From contig JBCCQY010000049.1 in the NCBI GenBank assembly GCA_039208735.1, forward strand, positions 1 to 58,285: DNA of 58,285 nucleotides, in the 5' to 3' direction. The stretch is from Myxococcota bacterium. Lineage in GTDB: Bacteria > Myxococcota_A > UBA796 > GCA-2862545. Shown here piece by piece: positions 39,022-49,139 of this stretch. A program made the position numbers and the translations under genes. Each line of letters begins with the position of its first letter. The stretch's first letter is position 1. A model generated the notes under the pieces. That model did no database searches. It had not been told where the DNA came from and saw only the letters and a program-made list of their open reading frames with translations.

Positions 39022-39798
39022 ATGGGTGAGGACTCGGTCGACGTCTGGGAACGGCTGCGCACGTGGTTGGACGGAACGCCAAAGGTGCCGCTGCAGCCTA
39101 AGGACGTAGGCCAAGACTACGTGCTGTCCCTGGAAGGACTCGAATTCCCGTTCACGCCGGTGTCCCAAGCCGAAGCGTGGTCCGCCCTGAAGGAAGCGCA
39201 GCAGCGGGCATCGGTCACATCACCGATCCTCATGCCTCTGCAGATCCAGCGCGCACAGTGCCCGGCGCTACGAGCGCCCACCCGAGTCCGACGCGCCCAA
39301 AAGCTCATCTCCGAACCGGGCGCCCTCGCGGACGGCCAACGCGTGTTGGCCCGTGCCTTCGAGCAATGGCGAGTCCATCAGCCAGATGCCTTCACAACCC
39401 TGGCGGAACCGACGGCATTCCCCGAATCTTCACCGGATGCTCCCCCGGCTTTCCTCAGGAGCGCCTCGTTCGCCAACGCAGCCATCGTGGACGTGCCAAG
39501 TCCCCACGCCTGGGCGGTTCCCGTGTTTTTGGGCTGGGGCGGGTTTGGCGCACGACTCGACGATGCCGAAGCGGCCAGCGTCATGCGATACTGGGAACAT
39601 CGCTTCGGCGCGACGCTCATGGCGGTATCGGGACGCGAACTCGGCTTTTCGGTGAGCCGTCCGCCAACTTCACACGACGACGCCAGAGATGTATTGGCCG
39701 AACACCTCGCGATCTGCGCCGACTCGACCATCGTGTTCGACGAATACGTCGCCAGCCTCCGCACCGCGCACAGCTGGCACCTTACGCTGGCCGCCTGA
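39022..39798 (+). CDS. DUF4253-like protein
   Basis: WAVPVFLGWGG, RYWEHRFGA, VSRPPT, AEHLAIC. Confidence 0.75.
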   Translation: MGEDSVDVWERLRTWLDGTPKVPLQPKDVGQDYVLSLEGLEFPFTPVSQAEAWSALKEAQQRASVTSPILMPLQIQRAQCPALRAPTRVRRAQKLISEPGALADGQRVLARAFEQWRVHQPDAFTTLAEPTAFPESSPDAPPAFLRSASFANAAIVDVPSPHAWAVPVFLGWGGFGARLDDAEAASVMRYWEHRFGATLMAVSGRELGFSVSRPPTSHDDARDVLAEHLAICADSTIVFDEYVASLRTAHSWHLTLAA

Positions 39799-39805
39799 CC
39801 CCTCA

Positions 39806-40108
39806 CTATGGGTCGAGCACGCAGCCCTGCCCATCCCCGACGAAGCGTGCGACCTGCTTGCCCAACCCCAAGGCCCGGGCTCGGACCGTCTTTCGGCCGT
39901 AGTCCACCTTAAACCGGGCCACGTTGGGCTTCACGCGAGCCATCTCCCGACAGTACGACTCGTCGAGCTTGCTCACAAAGAGGCAAGAACACACCTCTTT
40001 CGCGGCGAATCCCGACCCCAGTTCAAGGAGACTGTTGTCGTACCGGCCTTCTTTGGGCCCGCACGCGGTGAGCAGCCCCAACCACAATCCCCAATGGATT
40101 CCGTTCAC
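39806..40108 (-). CDS. Small lipoprotein with GFAAKEVCSCLFVS motif (serine-hydrolase-associated domain)
   Basis: GTGA overlap with the hydrolase stop; signal ending LTAC; four Cys after the lipid Cys. Confidence 0.75.
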   Translation of the reverse strand: MNGIHWGLWLGLLTACGPKEGRYDNSLLELGSGFAAKEVCSCLFVSKLDESYCREMARVKPNVARFKVDYGRKTVRARALGLGKQVARFVGDGQGCVLDP

Positions 40109-41268
40109 CACGCCTCCACAAGGGCGATGACGCGCTTCATGACGTCGTCGTGTCGATAGCTGCCGTCTCGATCGTCGGCCATGCGCACCACCACCAGTTC
40201 GCGAGAAGGCACCACGGTGATCGATTGGCCCCAGTGCCCAAGTGCGGCGTACATGTCGTCGCCCACCGACGGGCACCATGGCTCGGTGACACCTTGCTCG
40301 GGAAGGGTCTGGTTGACCCAAAACAGGCGAGCCTGGGGGATGCGGCCCGCATTGGGAATCGCACCCTTGCGGAGCGGCTCGGCGATCGTCGTGGCATCGG
40401 CGACCCAGTTCTCGGGCAGAAGGGGCTCTGAGTCCCAGCATCCGTTGTGGAGCATGAGGTAGCCAAATCGCGCCAGATCGCGCGGCGTGGCCCACACGTA
40501 CGACGAGCCCACATAGGTGCCCGCCGCATCGCGCTCGAACGTGGTGTGCTTCATGCCAAGCACGTCAAACAGCGCTACCCAAGGGAATCGTTCGCCGTAC
40601 TGGGCCTTGAGCCGCCCCCCGATCGCCGCGGACAGCAGGTTGGTGTCACCCGATGAGTACTGCCAGGCGGACCCTGGCGCGCGAGCGAGCGGCTGACGAC
40701 CCACAAAGCCGGCCATGTCGGCCGAGCCTTCGCCATAGAGCATGGCCAACACCGACGACTGGGTGGGCGAGCCGCCTTCGTAGCTTTCGCGCCATTCGAA
40801 CCCGCTTGCCATGTCGAGCAGATGCTGCACGGTGACCGCGCAGCTTGCTTCCGGCAATCCCCCAAGGTGCTTGCAGACGGAGTCGTCCCGATCGATGAGC
40901 CCGTCTCGTTCGGCGATGCCGGTGAGGGCGCTGGTGATGCTCTTGGTCACCGACCACGCCAGATGCGGCGTCGTCACGGTCCATGGCACCCGATAGCGTT
41001 CGTAGAGAATTCGCCCCCGATGCACCACGACCACGCTGTCCGTGCGGACTCCGGCTCGATCCCTCGCGGCAAAATTCGTCGACGGGGGAAAGAATGCCGC
41101 ATCGAGGGCCGCGACCTCGTTCGGCAACTCACGGCTTACCAAGGCCGCATCACTGTCCCATGTCTCGCCGGGCCAAGCCGCATCGGCACAAGCGGGCACC
41201 ATGGGGCTTGGAATATCGATGAAGTCTTGGCCGTAGCTCAGCGCCACCGCCCATCCGAGGATGATCAT
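40105..41268 (-). CDS. Serine hydrolase, beta-lactamase class C-like family
   Basis: WSVTKS (SxxK), YSSGDTNLL, ALGHWGQ; signal peptide. Confidence 0.92.
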   Translation of the reverse strand: MIILGWAVALSYGQDFIDIPSPMVPACADAAWPGETWDSDAALVSRELPNEVAALDAAFFPPSTNFAARDRAGVRTDSVVVVHRGRILYERYRVPWTVTTPHLAWSVTKSITSALTGIAERDGLIDRDDSVCKHLGGLPEASCAVTVQHLLDMASGFEWRESYEGGSPTQSSVLAMLYGEGSADMAGFVGRQPLARAPGSAWQYSSGDTNLLSAAIGGRLKAQYGERFPWVALFDVLGMKHTTFERDAAGTYVGSSYVWATPRDLARFGYLMLHNGCWDSEPLLPENWVADATTIAEPLRKGAIPNAGRIPQARLFWVNQTLPEQGVTEPWCPSVGDDMYAALGHWGQSITVVPSRELVVVRMADDRDGSYRHDDVMKRVIALVEAW

Positions 41269-41283
41269 GGCCGCGAGCCTACC

Positions 41284-41601
41284 CTATGTGCCGGACGTTC
41301 CCGGTGCCGGGAAGACGATCTTTCGCTTCTTCTTGTCCTGCGCAGGGCGATAGAGCACAACGATCTTGCCGATTTGCTGCGCGACCTCCGAGGCCGTCGC
41401 CTTGGCCATCTCGATCGCCAATGCCAAGCGCTCGTCGCGATCGGCGTCCAGCTTGACCTTGATCAACTCGTGCGACTCGAGAGAATGGTTGACCTCCCGA
41501 AGGACCCCCTCGGACAATCCGGCCGAACCGACGTGGACGACAGGGGACAGCTCGTGCGCAAGTCCGCGCAAATGCCTACGTTGTGACGACGTCAATGCCA
41601 T
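41284..41601 (-). CDS. yhbY: Ribosome assembly RNA-binding protein (CRM domain)
   Basis: LTSSQRRHLRGLAHELSPVVHVG, HELIKVK, QQIGKIVVLYRP. Confidence 0.93.
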   Translation of the reverse strand: MALTSSQRRHLRGLAHELSPVVHVGSAGLSEGVLREVNHSLESHELIKVKLDADRDERLALAIEMAKATASEVAQQIGKIVVLYRPAQDKKKRKIVFPAPGTSGT

Positions 41602-41628
41602 GTGTTTCCCGCTCGAAGGACCCCGTTG

Positions 41629-42246
41629 ATGACGTCCGACCGAAGACGCCAGCGTATGACCGAGGTGCTCGCTCGTCGACTGGTGACCGTGCACTGCGTC
41701 ATCGAGGCGCTGCACCATCGCCACAACATCTCAGCCATCCTGCGCACCTGTGACGCACTCGGCATTCATCACGTTCATTTGGTCGCGGGAAGGCGCTTTA
41801 AGGTGAGCCAGGGAACCGCTCGGGGCGCCGAACGCTGGCTTCAGCTCCACAAGCACCGCACACCCGATGACGCGATCGCCGCCCTCCGTAGCGAGGAGTT
41901 CCGCATCTACGTGGCGGACCTCGCCGACGATGCGGTGACCCCCGAGGAGGTCCCCATCGAAGCCCCCGTTGCCCTGTGGTTCGGCGCCGAACTGGTGGGC
42001 GTCTCGGAAGAAGCGCGGGCCGCCGCCGACGGCGTGGTGACACTGCCCATGCACGGGTTTGCCCAGTCGCTCAACGTCAGTGTGGCCGCCGCATTGGCCC
42101 TTCGGCCCGTCGCCGAGCGAATTCGCGCGACGGGTTCAGGCACGCTGCCGCCAGCCGAGCAAACCGCCCTCCTCGAAACCTGGCTGTTGCGCGACGCGGC
42201 GCTGCGAGAGGGGATTGCTCATCGGGGCGCCCCCACGGAACGCTGA
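41629..42246 (+). CDS. TrmH/SpoU family RNA 2'-O-methyltransferase
   Basis: NISAILRTCDALG, FGAELVGVS, LPMHGFAQSLNVSVA. Confidence 0.92.
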   Translation: MTSDRRRQRMTEVLARRLVTVHCVIEALHHRHNISAILRTCDALGIHHVHLVAGRRFKVSQGTARGAERWLQLHKHRTPDDAIAALRSEEFRIYVADLADDAVTPEEVPIEAPVALWFGAELVGVSEEARAAADGVVTLPMHGFAQSLNVSVAAALALRPVAERIRATGSGTLPPAEQTALLETWLLRDAALREGIAHRGAPTER

Positions 42247-42319
42247 CCTTTCGGTTGGTCATCGCCCGCCTCCCTACGCTACGATCCCGGCTTCTGCTCT
42301 TGTTCCCCGGAGGCCCGCC

Positions 42320-44041
42320 ATGGAAGCCACAACGCCTGAAGCCCATCCCGAGCTTGCCGAGACCCTCGAGAGGCTCCGGGCTTCCGCCCCCAAATGGCTC
42401 GAACTTGGCCCCGGCGCGATCGCGACCCTGCTCAAGGAGGTTCGCAAGCGCACCCTCGACGTGGCCAAACCCTGGGTCGAAGCGGCCTCCGAAGCCAAGG
42501 GCCTCGCCCAAGGGTCGCCCCTGCGGGGAGAGGAATGGGCCAGTGGACCCTGGGCGGTGCTCGCGGCGCTCAACGCCCTGATCCACACCCTGGAGTCGCT
42601 CGAGAAGGGCCGCGACCCCATCGCCGGCCAGCCCGTGCAAACCCGTCCCGATGGGCAGGTGGTCGTGCAGGTCTTCCCGGCCACGATGTGGGATTCTCTG
42701 TTGCTCTCGGGCTATTCGGCGCACGTGTGGCAGCAGCCCGGTGTGACCGCGGACCGTCTCCGGGACACGATCGCGGTTCGCTTCAAGGGCCCCCCTCCCG
42801 AACCCAAGGTTTCGCTCATCCTGGGTGCGGGCAACATCAACTCCATCCCGCCCCTCGACGCGCTGTACAAGCTCGTCGCCGAAGGCGAAGGGTGCCTCAT
42901 CAAGCTCAACCCGGTCAACGACTACCTCGAGCCCTTCCTCAACGCAGCCTTTGCCCCGCTCGTCGAGCAAGGATTCGTGAAGTTCGTGAAGGGCGACGGC
43001 GCGGTTGGCGCCTGGCTGTCGAACCACGAACTCGTCGACACCATGCACATCACGGGCAGCGCACGCACCCATGACCTCATCGTCTTTGGCCCCGGCCCCG
43101 ACGGCGAGGAGCGCAAGCGCAACAACGACCCCATCAATCCCCGGCCCATCTCGAGCGAGCTTGGCGGCGTGGGCGGCACCATCGTAGTGCCAGGCCCCTG
43201 GTCGCGCGCCGACTTCCGCTTTCAGGCTGAACACCTCGTGACCCAGAAGCTCCACAATGGTGGCTTCAACTGCGTCGCCTCGCAGGTCATCATCGTGCCC
43301 AAGGGGTGGGACGGCACGCCAAAGCTGCTCAGCGCGGTCAAGGACGTGTTGCGCGAAGTCCTTGAAAACCGTCCTTCGTACTATCCAGGCACCGACAAGC
43401 GCCGCAGCGTGTTCACCGAGGCCCACCCCGACGCCGACGTCTTGGGCGACCGCAATCCGTTCGTCGTGGTCGAGGGGCTCTCCGCCAGTGATACCGATGT
43501 CTGCTACGTCGAAGAGGCCTTTGGGCCAGTCTGGGCGGTGGCCGAAGTCGACGCATCCGAACCCGACGCCTTCCTCGCTGCGGCCACGGAGTTCGCCAAC
43601 GAGAAGCTTTCGGGCACCCTTTCATGCCAGGTCGTGATCCACCCCACCACGGAGCGCAAGCACGCCGCCGCATTCGATCAGGCTATCGCGAACCTTCGCT
43701 TTGGCGCGGTGGGCATCAACGCGTGGTCGGGCGTGGCCTTCCTTCTGCCCAACGCCACCTGGGGCGCGTTCCCTGGGCACACGCTCAACGACGTGCAATC
43801 GGGCATCGGGGTCGTGCACAACGCGTTTCTCTTCGACAAGCCGCAGAAGACGGTCGTGCGCGGGCCGTTCCAAGAGTTTCCGCGCACGGTGGCCCGCGGC
43901 CAGTTCCACACCTCACCCAAGCCCTTGTGGTTCGTGACCAACCAGAAGGCCGACCAGGTCGCCGAGGCCCTCACCAAGTTCGAGGCCACACGCAACGTGG
44001 CCCTCATTCCTGGACTCTTCGCCGCGGCCCTTCAGGGGTGA
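42320..44041 (+). CDS. Aldehyde dehydrogenase family protein
   Basis: LGAGN, HITGS, SELGG, NGGFNC catalytic Cys, EAFGP; ATG 42320 after GGAGG. Confidence 0.88.
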   Translation: MEATTPEAHPELAETLERLRASAPKWLELGPGAIATLLKEVRKRTLDVAKPWVEAASEAKGLAQGSPLRGEEWASGPWAVLAALNALIHTLESLEKGRDPIAGQPVQTRPDGQVVVQVFPATMWDSLLLSGYSAHVWQQPGVTADRLRDTIAVRFKGPPPEPKVSLILGAGNINSIPPLDALYKLVAEGEGCLIKLNPVNDYLEPFLNAAFAPLVEQGFVKFVKGDGAVGAWLSNHELVDTMHITGSARTHDLIVFGPGPDGEERKRNNDPINPRPISSELGGVGGTIVVPGPWSRADFRFQAEHLVTQKLHNGGFNCVASQVIIVPKGWDGTPKLLSAVKDVLREVLENRPSYYPGTDKRRSVFTEAHPDADVLGDRNPFVVVEGLSASDTDVCYVEEAFGPVWAVAEVDASEPDAFLAAATEFANEKLSGTLSCQVVIHPTTERKHAAAFDQAIANLRFGAVGINAWSGVAFLLPNATWGAFPGHTLNDVQSGIGVVHNAFLFDKPQKTVVRGPFQEFPRTVARGQFHTSPKPLWFVTNQKADQVAEALTKFEATRNVALIPGLFAAALQG

Positions 44042-44105
44042 GCGACGGTCGATGCCATCGCCCCGGTGGCGATGGTAGGGAACGCGGGCCAACGAAGAGG
44101 ACCCC

Positions 44106-44603
44106 ATGGCTAGCCACCTTGACTACCGCACCGAAGTCCGCACCATCGACGGTCGGGCCGGCACACTCGAACCGTACCGCGGCAAGGCCCTGCTCATCGT
44201 GAACACCGCTACCGAATGTGGGTTCACCCCACAGTTCGAGGGGTTGCAGCGGCTGTGGGAAGACTACGGGCCTCGAGGTCTCATGGTCCTCGGGTTTCCC
44301 TGCAACCAGTTCGGCAGTCAAGAACCTCGCGGTCCCCGCCAGATCCAAGAGTTCTGCAAGGTGAACTATGGGGTCACCTTTCCGATGCATAAGAAGGTCG
44401 AGGTGAACGGGCCGAACACCCATTTGCTCTACCGGCAGCTCAAGAAGGGTGCGCGCGGGTTCCTGGGCTCGCGTAACGTCAAATGGAATTTCACGAAGTT
44501 CCTCGTTGATCCTGAAGGACGCATCGTGGCGCGATTCGCCCCGACCCGGTCGCCCGAGTCGCTGCACGAACCGATCGAAGCCATCCTCGACGCGGCGCTC
44601 TGA
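44106..44603 (+). CDS. Glutathione peroxidase (Cys type)
   Basis: VNTATECGFTPQ, LGFPCNQFG, KWNFTKFL. Confidence 0.95.
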   Translation: MASHLDYRTEVRTIDGRAGTLEPYRGKALLIVNTATECGFTPQFEGLQRLWEDYGPRGLMVLGFPCNQFGSQEPRGPRQIQEFCKVNYGVTFPMHKKVEVNGPNTHLLYRQLKKGARGFLGSRNVKWNFTKFLVDPEGRIVARFAPTRSPESLHEPIEAILDAAL

Positions 44604-44610
44604 CCACGCA

Positions 44611-47037
44611 GTGCGCTTCGACGATTCGCGACGTACCCTGGCGCTATCCGTCCGAGATTGGGTGGGGCTTGTCACCGACCGGCTGACCGGCGGGGTCGAC
44701 CTCATCCAACGGCCCACCACCCGGGCCGCCCAAGGCCAACAGATCCACGCCGACTGGCGGGCCGAACAGCCCGATGACCAGGACGCCTTCCGGTCCGAAG
44801 TCCGAGCCATTCGGACGTGGACCATCGGCGATTGGACGGTGACCCTGCACGGTCGCGTCGACGGCCTGCGTCTCGAAGACGGCCGGCGGGTTGTCGAAGA
44901 GGTGAAGTCGACGGCGTGGACGGCCAACCGTCTGCTCTACGCAGGCCTCGACGCCTTTCCGGACCACCGCGCCCAAGTGGAGGCCTACCTCTGGCTGCTG
45001 GAGCCCGACCATCCCGGCATCACCGGCCGCCTCATCTTGGTGTCGGTCGTGGATGGCAGTCGGCATGTGCTCGGCATCGACACCGACCCCGAAGAGGTCG
45101 GAACTCGGATCCAGGCCGTGGTGGCTCGGCTGGTGGCGGTGCGGGCGCGGAGGCTGGCCTGGCTCGACGCCCGCACGTCCCACGCCGTGCCCGATCCGTT
45201 CGACGCGTGGCGACCGGGTCAACGCGAGATCGTCGAAGCCGTTCATTGGGGTCTTGACGAGGGGCTTTCCGTGTTGGTGCAGGCGCCGACAGGACTCGGC
45301 AAGACCGCCGCCGCGCTCACCGGCGCGCTTCGCCATGCCCTGCCACAACGCAAGCAGATCGTCTGGCTCACCGCACGAACCACCCAGCAACGGGCCATCG
45401 TCGAGGCGTGCCATCGCCTTCAGGCCCGCGGGTTGCGCCTGCGCTCGGTCGTGATCGCGGCGAAAGCCAAAGCCTGCCTCAACGATGTGATCGTGTGCCG
45501 AGGCGAGCGCTGTGCGCATGCGGCGGACTACCGAGCGCGCAGCCACGATGACGGGGTGGTGGCCGGGCTCATCGAACGGAATGCCCCGCTCACCGCGGAC
45601 GACGTCGAGGCGGCGGGTCGTGCCCACATGCTGTGCCCCTACGAGTTGACCGTCGATGCGGCCGGTGAGGTGGACGTCGTAGTAGGCGACTACAACTACC
45701 TCTTCGACCTGCAAGCCCCCTTGTCGCGACACGTGGCCCAGGCTGGTCCAGGCGGCATCGTGGTCGTCATCGACGAGGTGCATCAGCTCGCCGAGCGGGT
45801 CCGCACGGCCTCGAGTCCCCACCTCACCCTGCACGACGTCCGGCTCGCCATCGACGCTCTATCGGCCCGGGGCGAGGCCTTTGCCCCCTTCGTCGACTGC
45901 GCCAAGGCCATTGAGGAGGCCGTACTGCAGGAAATCGCAGGGGCGTCGGGAACCGGTACGGAACGCACCACAACCCTCGATCCCCATCGTTGGGAGGCAC
46001 TCGGAGACCGCATCGATGGCCTGGCCCTCGAGTACGCGCTGCTCAACCCCACCCTGGAAGACGCCGACGAGGACGCCTGGGCGGTCCTCGCCCGGTCGGT
46101 GTTGCGGATGGCCGATGCCCTGACCGCCCCGGACCCCGCTCCCGATGGACCTGCCTGGCGCGTCGCGATCGTGCATACCGAAGGGAGGGCCATGGGGATC
46201 GGTCTGGTGTGCCTCGATCCAAGCCCGTTGTTGGGCCCCCGCATCGCGAGCCTCGGGGGCTTCGTCGGGGTGAGCGCCACGCTGCAACCGCTCGCCATGC
46301 ACAAAGCCCAGCTCGGCCTGGACCCGGATCGGGTGGACTACGTCGAGGTGGGCGACCCCTTTCCCCCCGAGCGACGACGGGTCTACATCGCCCCCCGCAT
46401 CTCGACCGCCTGGGCGGATCGGGCCAAGCACGCGCCGGCGACCGCTCGACTGCTGGAGGACGCCATCCGCGCGGTTCCGGGGAATGTGGCCATCTACACG
46501 CCCTCGTTCGCCATGCTTGACGATCTGCGGGGGCGCATGGCACGTCAAGGCCGTCGGTGGGTCGTTCAAACCCCTCGCATGAGCGATGCGGTACGGACCG
46601 AGGCGCTGGACGCGCTGTCGTCACCTGGCGAACCGGTGGTCTTGGGTGCCGTGCTTGGCGGCATCTTCGCCGAAGGCATCGACCTGCCCCCAGGGGCGCT
46701 ATCGGCGGTGTTCGTCTGTGGCCCGGCTTTGCCTCCGATCGGTCTCGAGCGCACCTTGCTCCAGCACTACTGGGACGCCGTCGATGGCGCACAGAGCGGT
46801 CAAGGCTTCTTGTTCGCATCGTTGGCCCCTGGACTGACCCGGGTGGTGCAGGCCGCGGGCCGCCTCATTCGAAGACCGGAAGACCGAGGCGTGGTGTTGC
46901 TGATCGGACGTCGGTTCCGCCATCGGGCGTACCGCGCGCTGTTGCCCGATGCGTTTCAAGCATCCGTGAGCGACGATCCGGTGGCCGACGTCGCCGCGTT
47001 TTTCGAGCTGGCATCGCGATCGGACCTGCCGCGGTAA
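44611..47037 (+). CDS. DinG/XPD-family Fe-S helicase with N-terminal PD-(D/E)XK nuclease
   Basis: GRVDG...EEVKS and AQVEAY nuclease motifs; RPGQ, APTGLGKT, four Cys (CLN..C..C..CPYE), DEVH, EGID, QAAGRLIR. Confidence 0.9.
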   Translation: MRFDDSRRTLALSVRDWVGLVTDRLTGGVDLIQRPTTRAAQGQQIHADWRAEQPDDQDAFRSEVRAIRTWTIGDWTVTLHGRVDGLRLEDGRRVVEEVKSTAWTANRLLYAGLDAFPDHRAQVEAYLWLLEPDHPGITGRLILVSVVDGSRHVLGIDTDPEEVGTRIQAVVARLVAVRARRLAWLDARTSHAVPDPFDAWRPGQREIVEAVHWGLDEGLSVLVQAPTGLGKTAAALTGALRHALPQRKQIVWLTARTTQQRAIVEACHRLQARGLRLRSVVIAAKAKACLNDVIVCRGERCAHAADYRARSHDDGVVAGLIERNAPLTADDVEAAGRAHMLCPYELTVDAAGEVDVVVGDYNYLFDLQAPLSRHVAQAGPGGIVVVIDEVHQLAERVRTASSPHLTLHDVRLAIDALSARGEAFAPFVDCAKAIEEAVLQEIAGASGTGTERTTTLDPHRWEALGDRIDGLALEYALLNPTLEDADEDAWAVLARSVLRMADALTAPDPAPDGPAWRVAIVHTEGRAMGIGLVCLDPSPLLGPRIASLGGFVGVSATLQPLAMHKAQLGLDPDRVDYVEVGDPFPPERRRVYIAPRISTAWADRAKHAPATARLLEDAIRAVPGNVAIYTPSFAMLDDLRGRMARQGRRWVVQTPRMSDAVRTEALDALSSPGEPVVLGAVLGGIFAEGIDLPPGALSAVFVCGPALPPIGLERTLLQHYWDAVDGAQSGQGFLFASLAPGLTRVVQAAGRLIRRPEDRGVVLLIGRRFRHRAYRALLPDAFQASVSDDPVADVAAFFELASRSDLPR

Positions 47038-47119
47038 CTGGACACGCCTCAACGGCCCGTTCCTTCGATCCGCAGACCGAGGTCCCCTCGACCCCACCGA
47101 TGACCCGTAGGAGAACACC

Positions 47120-48361
47120 GTGATGCGGACCAGGTCGCGCCGCGGAAACGTCATCATGGTGCTGATGACGTTCACCGCCCTATTGGGGTTCACGGCCATC
47201 TCCGTGGATATCGGAATTGTGATGGTTGCCCGAGCCCAATTGCAGGTGGCTGCGGATGCGGCGGTGCTGGCCGCAACCGGTCACCTCGACGGGACCGAGG
47301 AGGGACTCACTGCGGCGGCCGAGGCGGCGGCCATGTTGGCCTCCGAACACTCGATGCTAGGGAGCGCCCTGTCGGTCGACGCAAGCCAAATCGAGTTGGG
47401 ACACTACGACGAGGACACTGGGGCCTTCATCGAGACCAACGACCCGCTCGAGGTCGACGCCATCCAAATCCAGCTCACGCCTCACGAGATCCGCACGCCG
47501 TTCGCGGCCAGCCTCTTCGAGGCGCAACCCATCTCCATCGCCACCGCATCCATGGCCCGACGTCCCTCGGGAGCAGGCCCCGCGAAGTCGAGCACGTGCT
47601 TCTTGCCCATTGCGGTGCCTGACTGCCACGTCACGGGGCTCGCCGAAGGGGTGAATCCGCCTCCCCTGAGGCTTTACCTCGGCGAACGACCCGTCTTCAC
47701 GCCCGCGGAGCAACGCACCGCAGATCTGCTGCGGGCCACCCTCGACTCCTTCGAAGTGCAGCACGGTGCCGACTACGTCGCAGCCATGGAGGAGCTGTTG
47801 GCTCCCTTTCTTTGGCCAGGCGGCATCCCGCCGAGCGACATCGCGTGGAGCCGTCCTTTGGAAGGCAGCAACACGGCGTGGTTGCAAGCCCAAATCGCGG
47901 ACCGATGCGCAGGCGGGGTCATCAAGGTCGATGAGGTCGTGTACGTGGATGAAACGTCCCAGCCCGACGTGCTGACGGACATCGTGAGCGTACTCAACGA
48001 CCGTTCGCTGCTCTCGCCCGACCCCTGGCTCGACGGCATCTCCTCTCCCGGCCGAGATGGCGTCACCGGAAACCTACCCTGGAACTCCTCGATCGAAGAT
48101 CGCTCCCTCGGCAACACGCTGCAGGGTCCCGTGGCGCTCGTCGCGGCCGACAACTGTGAAGAGCCCACCTTCGACGGCCCATTGACGGTCACCGGCATCG
48201 CGTGGGGAGCCATCTACGACGCCCGTACCACCGGAGATGCGCCGAACCTTTGGGTCCAGCTCGACCTCACGAACGAGTACGAGATCTGGGGCAGCATCGA
48301 TGATGAGGCACTTGGCAACGTTCTGGGCCGTGGAATGGCCCGCTACACGAGGTCGCCATGA
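47120..48361 (+). CDS. TadG-like Flp pilus-associated protein
   Basis: RRG followed by a hydrophobic prepilin-like helix; VDIG...AQLQVAADAAVLA. Confidence 0.82.
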   Translation: MMRTRSRRGNVIMVLMTFTALLGFTAISVDIGIVMVARAQLQVAADAAVLAATGHLDGTEEGLTAAAEAAAMLASEHSMLGSALSVDASQIELGHYDEDTGAFIETNDPLEVDAIQIQLTPHEIRTPFAASLFEAQPISIATASMARRPSGAGPAKSSTCFLPIAVPDCHVTGLAEGVNPPPLRLYLGERPVFTPAEQRTADLLRATLDSFEVQHGADYVAAMEELLAPFLWPGGIPPSDIAWSRPLEGSNTAWLQAQIADRCAGGVIKVDEVVYVDETSQPDVLTDIVSVLNDRSLLSPDPWLDGISSPGRDGVTGNLPWNSSIEDRSLGNTLQGPVALVAADNCEEPTFDGPLTVTGIAWGAIYDARTTGDAPNLWVQLDLTNEYEIWGSIDDEALGNVLGRGMARYTRSP

Positions 48362-48735
48362 CGACGGACCGGCGCGGAAGCCACACCATCGAGTTGGCGC
48401 TCGTCCTTCCGGTTTTGCTGGCCCTGCTGACCGGAGTGTTCGACTACGGCTGGGTCATCCTGCACCGGAACCTGGCCGCCGACGCAGCCGACACCGGGGC
48501 ACGGGCTGGGGCGATGGCCAGCTCAGAACAAGATGCCGTCGCGCTTGCCGAAGCTGCGGCCGCCGAGCGCTGGGTTGCCCTGCGCCTCCCTACCTCCCCG
48601 ACGATCGCCGCGCGCACCGTTGGCGACCGCATCGAAGTCGCCTTCACCCTGGCCGATGTGCGACCGGTCCGTCTGGTCCCAGGACCCGAGGCCCTCACCG
48701 TCGTGCGGTCGCGTCGACTCGAGGATGATCCATGA
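48358..48735 (+). CDS. TadE-like pseudopilin
   Basis: RRGSHTIELALVLP, FDYG, GARAG. Confidence 0.87.
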   Translation: MTTDRRGSHTIELALVLPVLLALLTGVFDYGWVILHRNLAADAADTGARAGAMASSEQDAVALAEAAAAERWVALRLPTSPTIAARTVGDRIEVAFTLADVRPVRLVPGPEALTVVRSRRLEDDP

Positions 48736-49139
48736 CAGGGCGACACCGGACGAATCCAAGGCGACGAGGCACTCAGGCGATCGAGTTTGCCATGGTGTTG
48801 CCCGTCATCATGGCGATCATTGCCGGAGTCGTCGACTTTGGCGAATACCTCCACCGGACTCAGACCCTGGTCCACGCCTCCTCCGACGGGGCTCGAGCCG
48901 GAGCAAAGTCCGAGGACCGTCCCCTGACCGCAGCCCGAACCGCGGCGCAGACGGCATGGGACACCGCCGGAGGCGCGGGGGCCCCCGAGTTCACCGTGAC
49001 TTTGGCGGGGAGCGCGCCCAATCAACGGGTCGTCGTAGCCGCGTCTATGGCCTACGAACCCTACTTTGGCCTCGTTCCAACCCCAGAGACCATCGACTAC
49101 TCCTGCACCTTTCGCCTCGATCATCAACCGGAGGATTGA
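48732..49139 (+). CDS. TadE-like pseudopilin
   Basis: RRGTQAIEFAMVLP, VDFG, GARAG. Confidence 0.9.
   Translation: MTGRHRTNPRRRGTQAIEFAMVLPVIMAIIAGVVDFGEYLHRTQTLVHASSDGARAGAKSEDRPLTAARTAAQTAWDTAGGAGAPEFTVTLAGSAPNQRVVVAASMAYEPYFGLVPTPETIDYSCTFRLDHQPED

Noticed and set aside
44106..44603. Selenocysteine glutathione peroxidase
   Set aside because: The active-site codon is TGT (Cys) and there is no in-frame TGA
44611..45100. Cas4-like domain as evidence of a CRISPR-Cas system
   Set aside because: No array or other cas genes seen; the domain is fused to a DinG helicase
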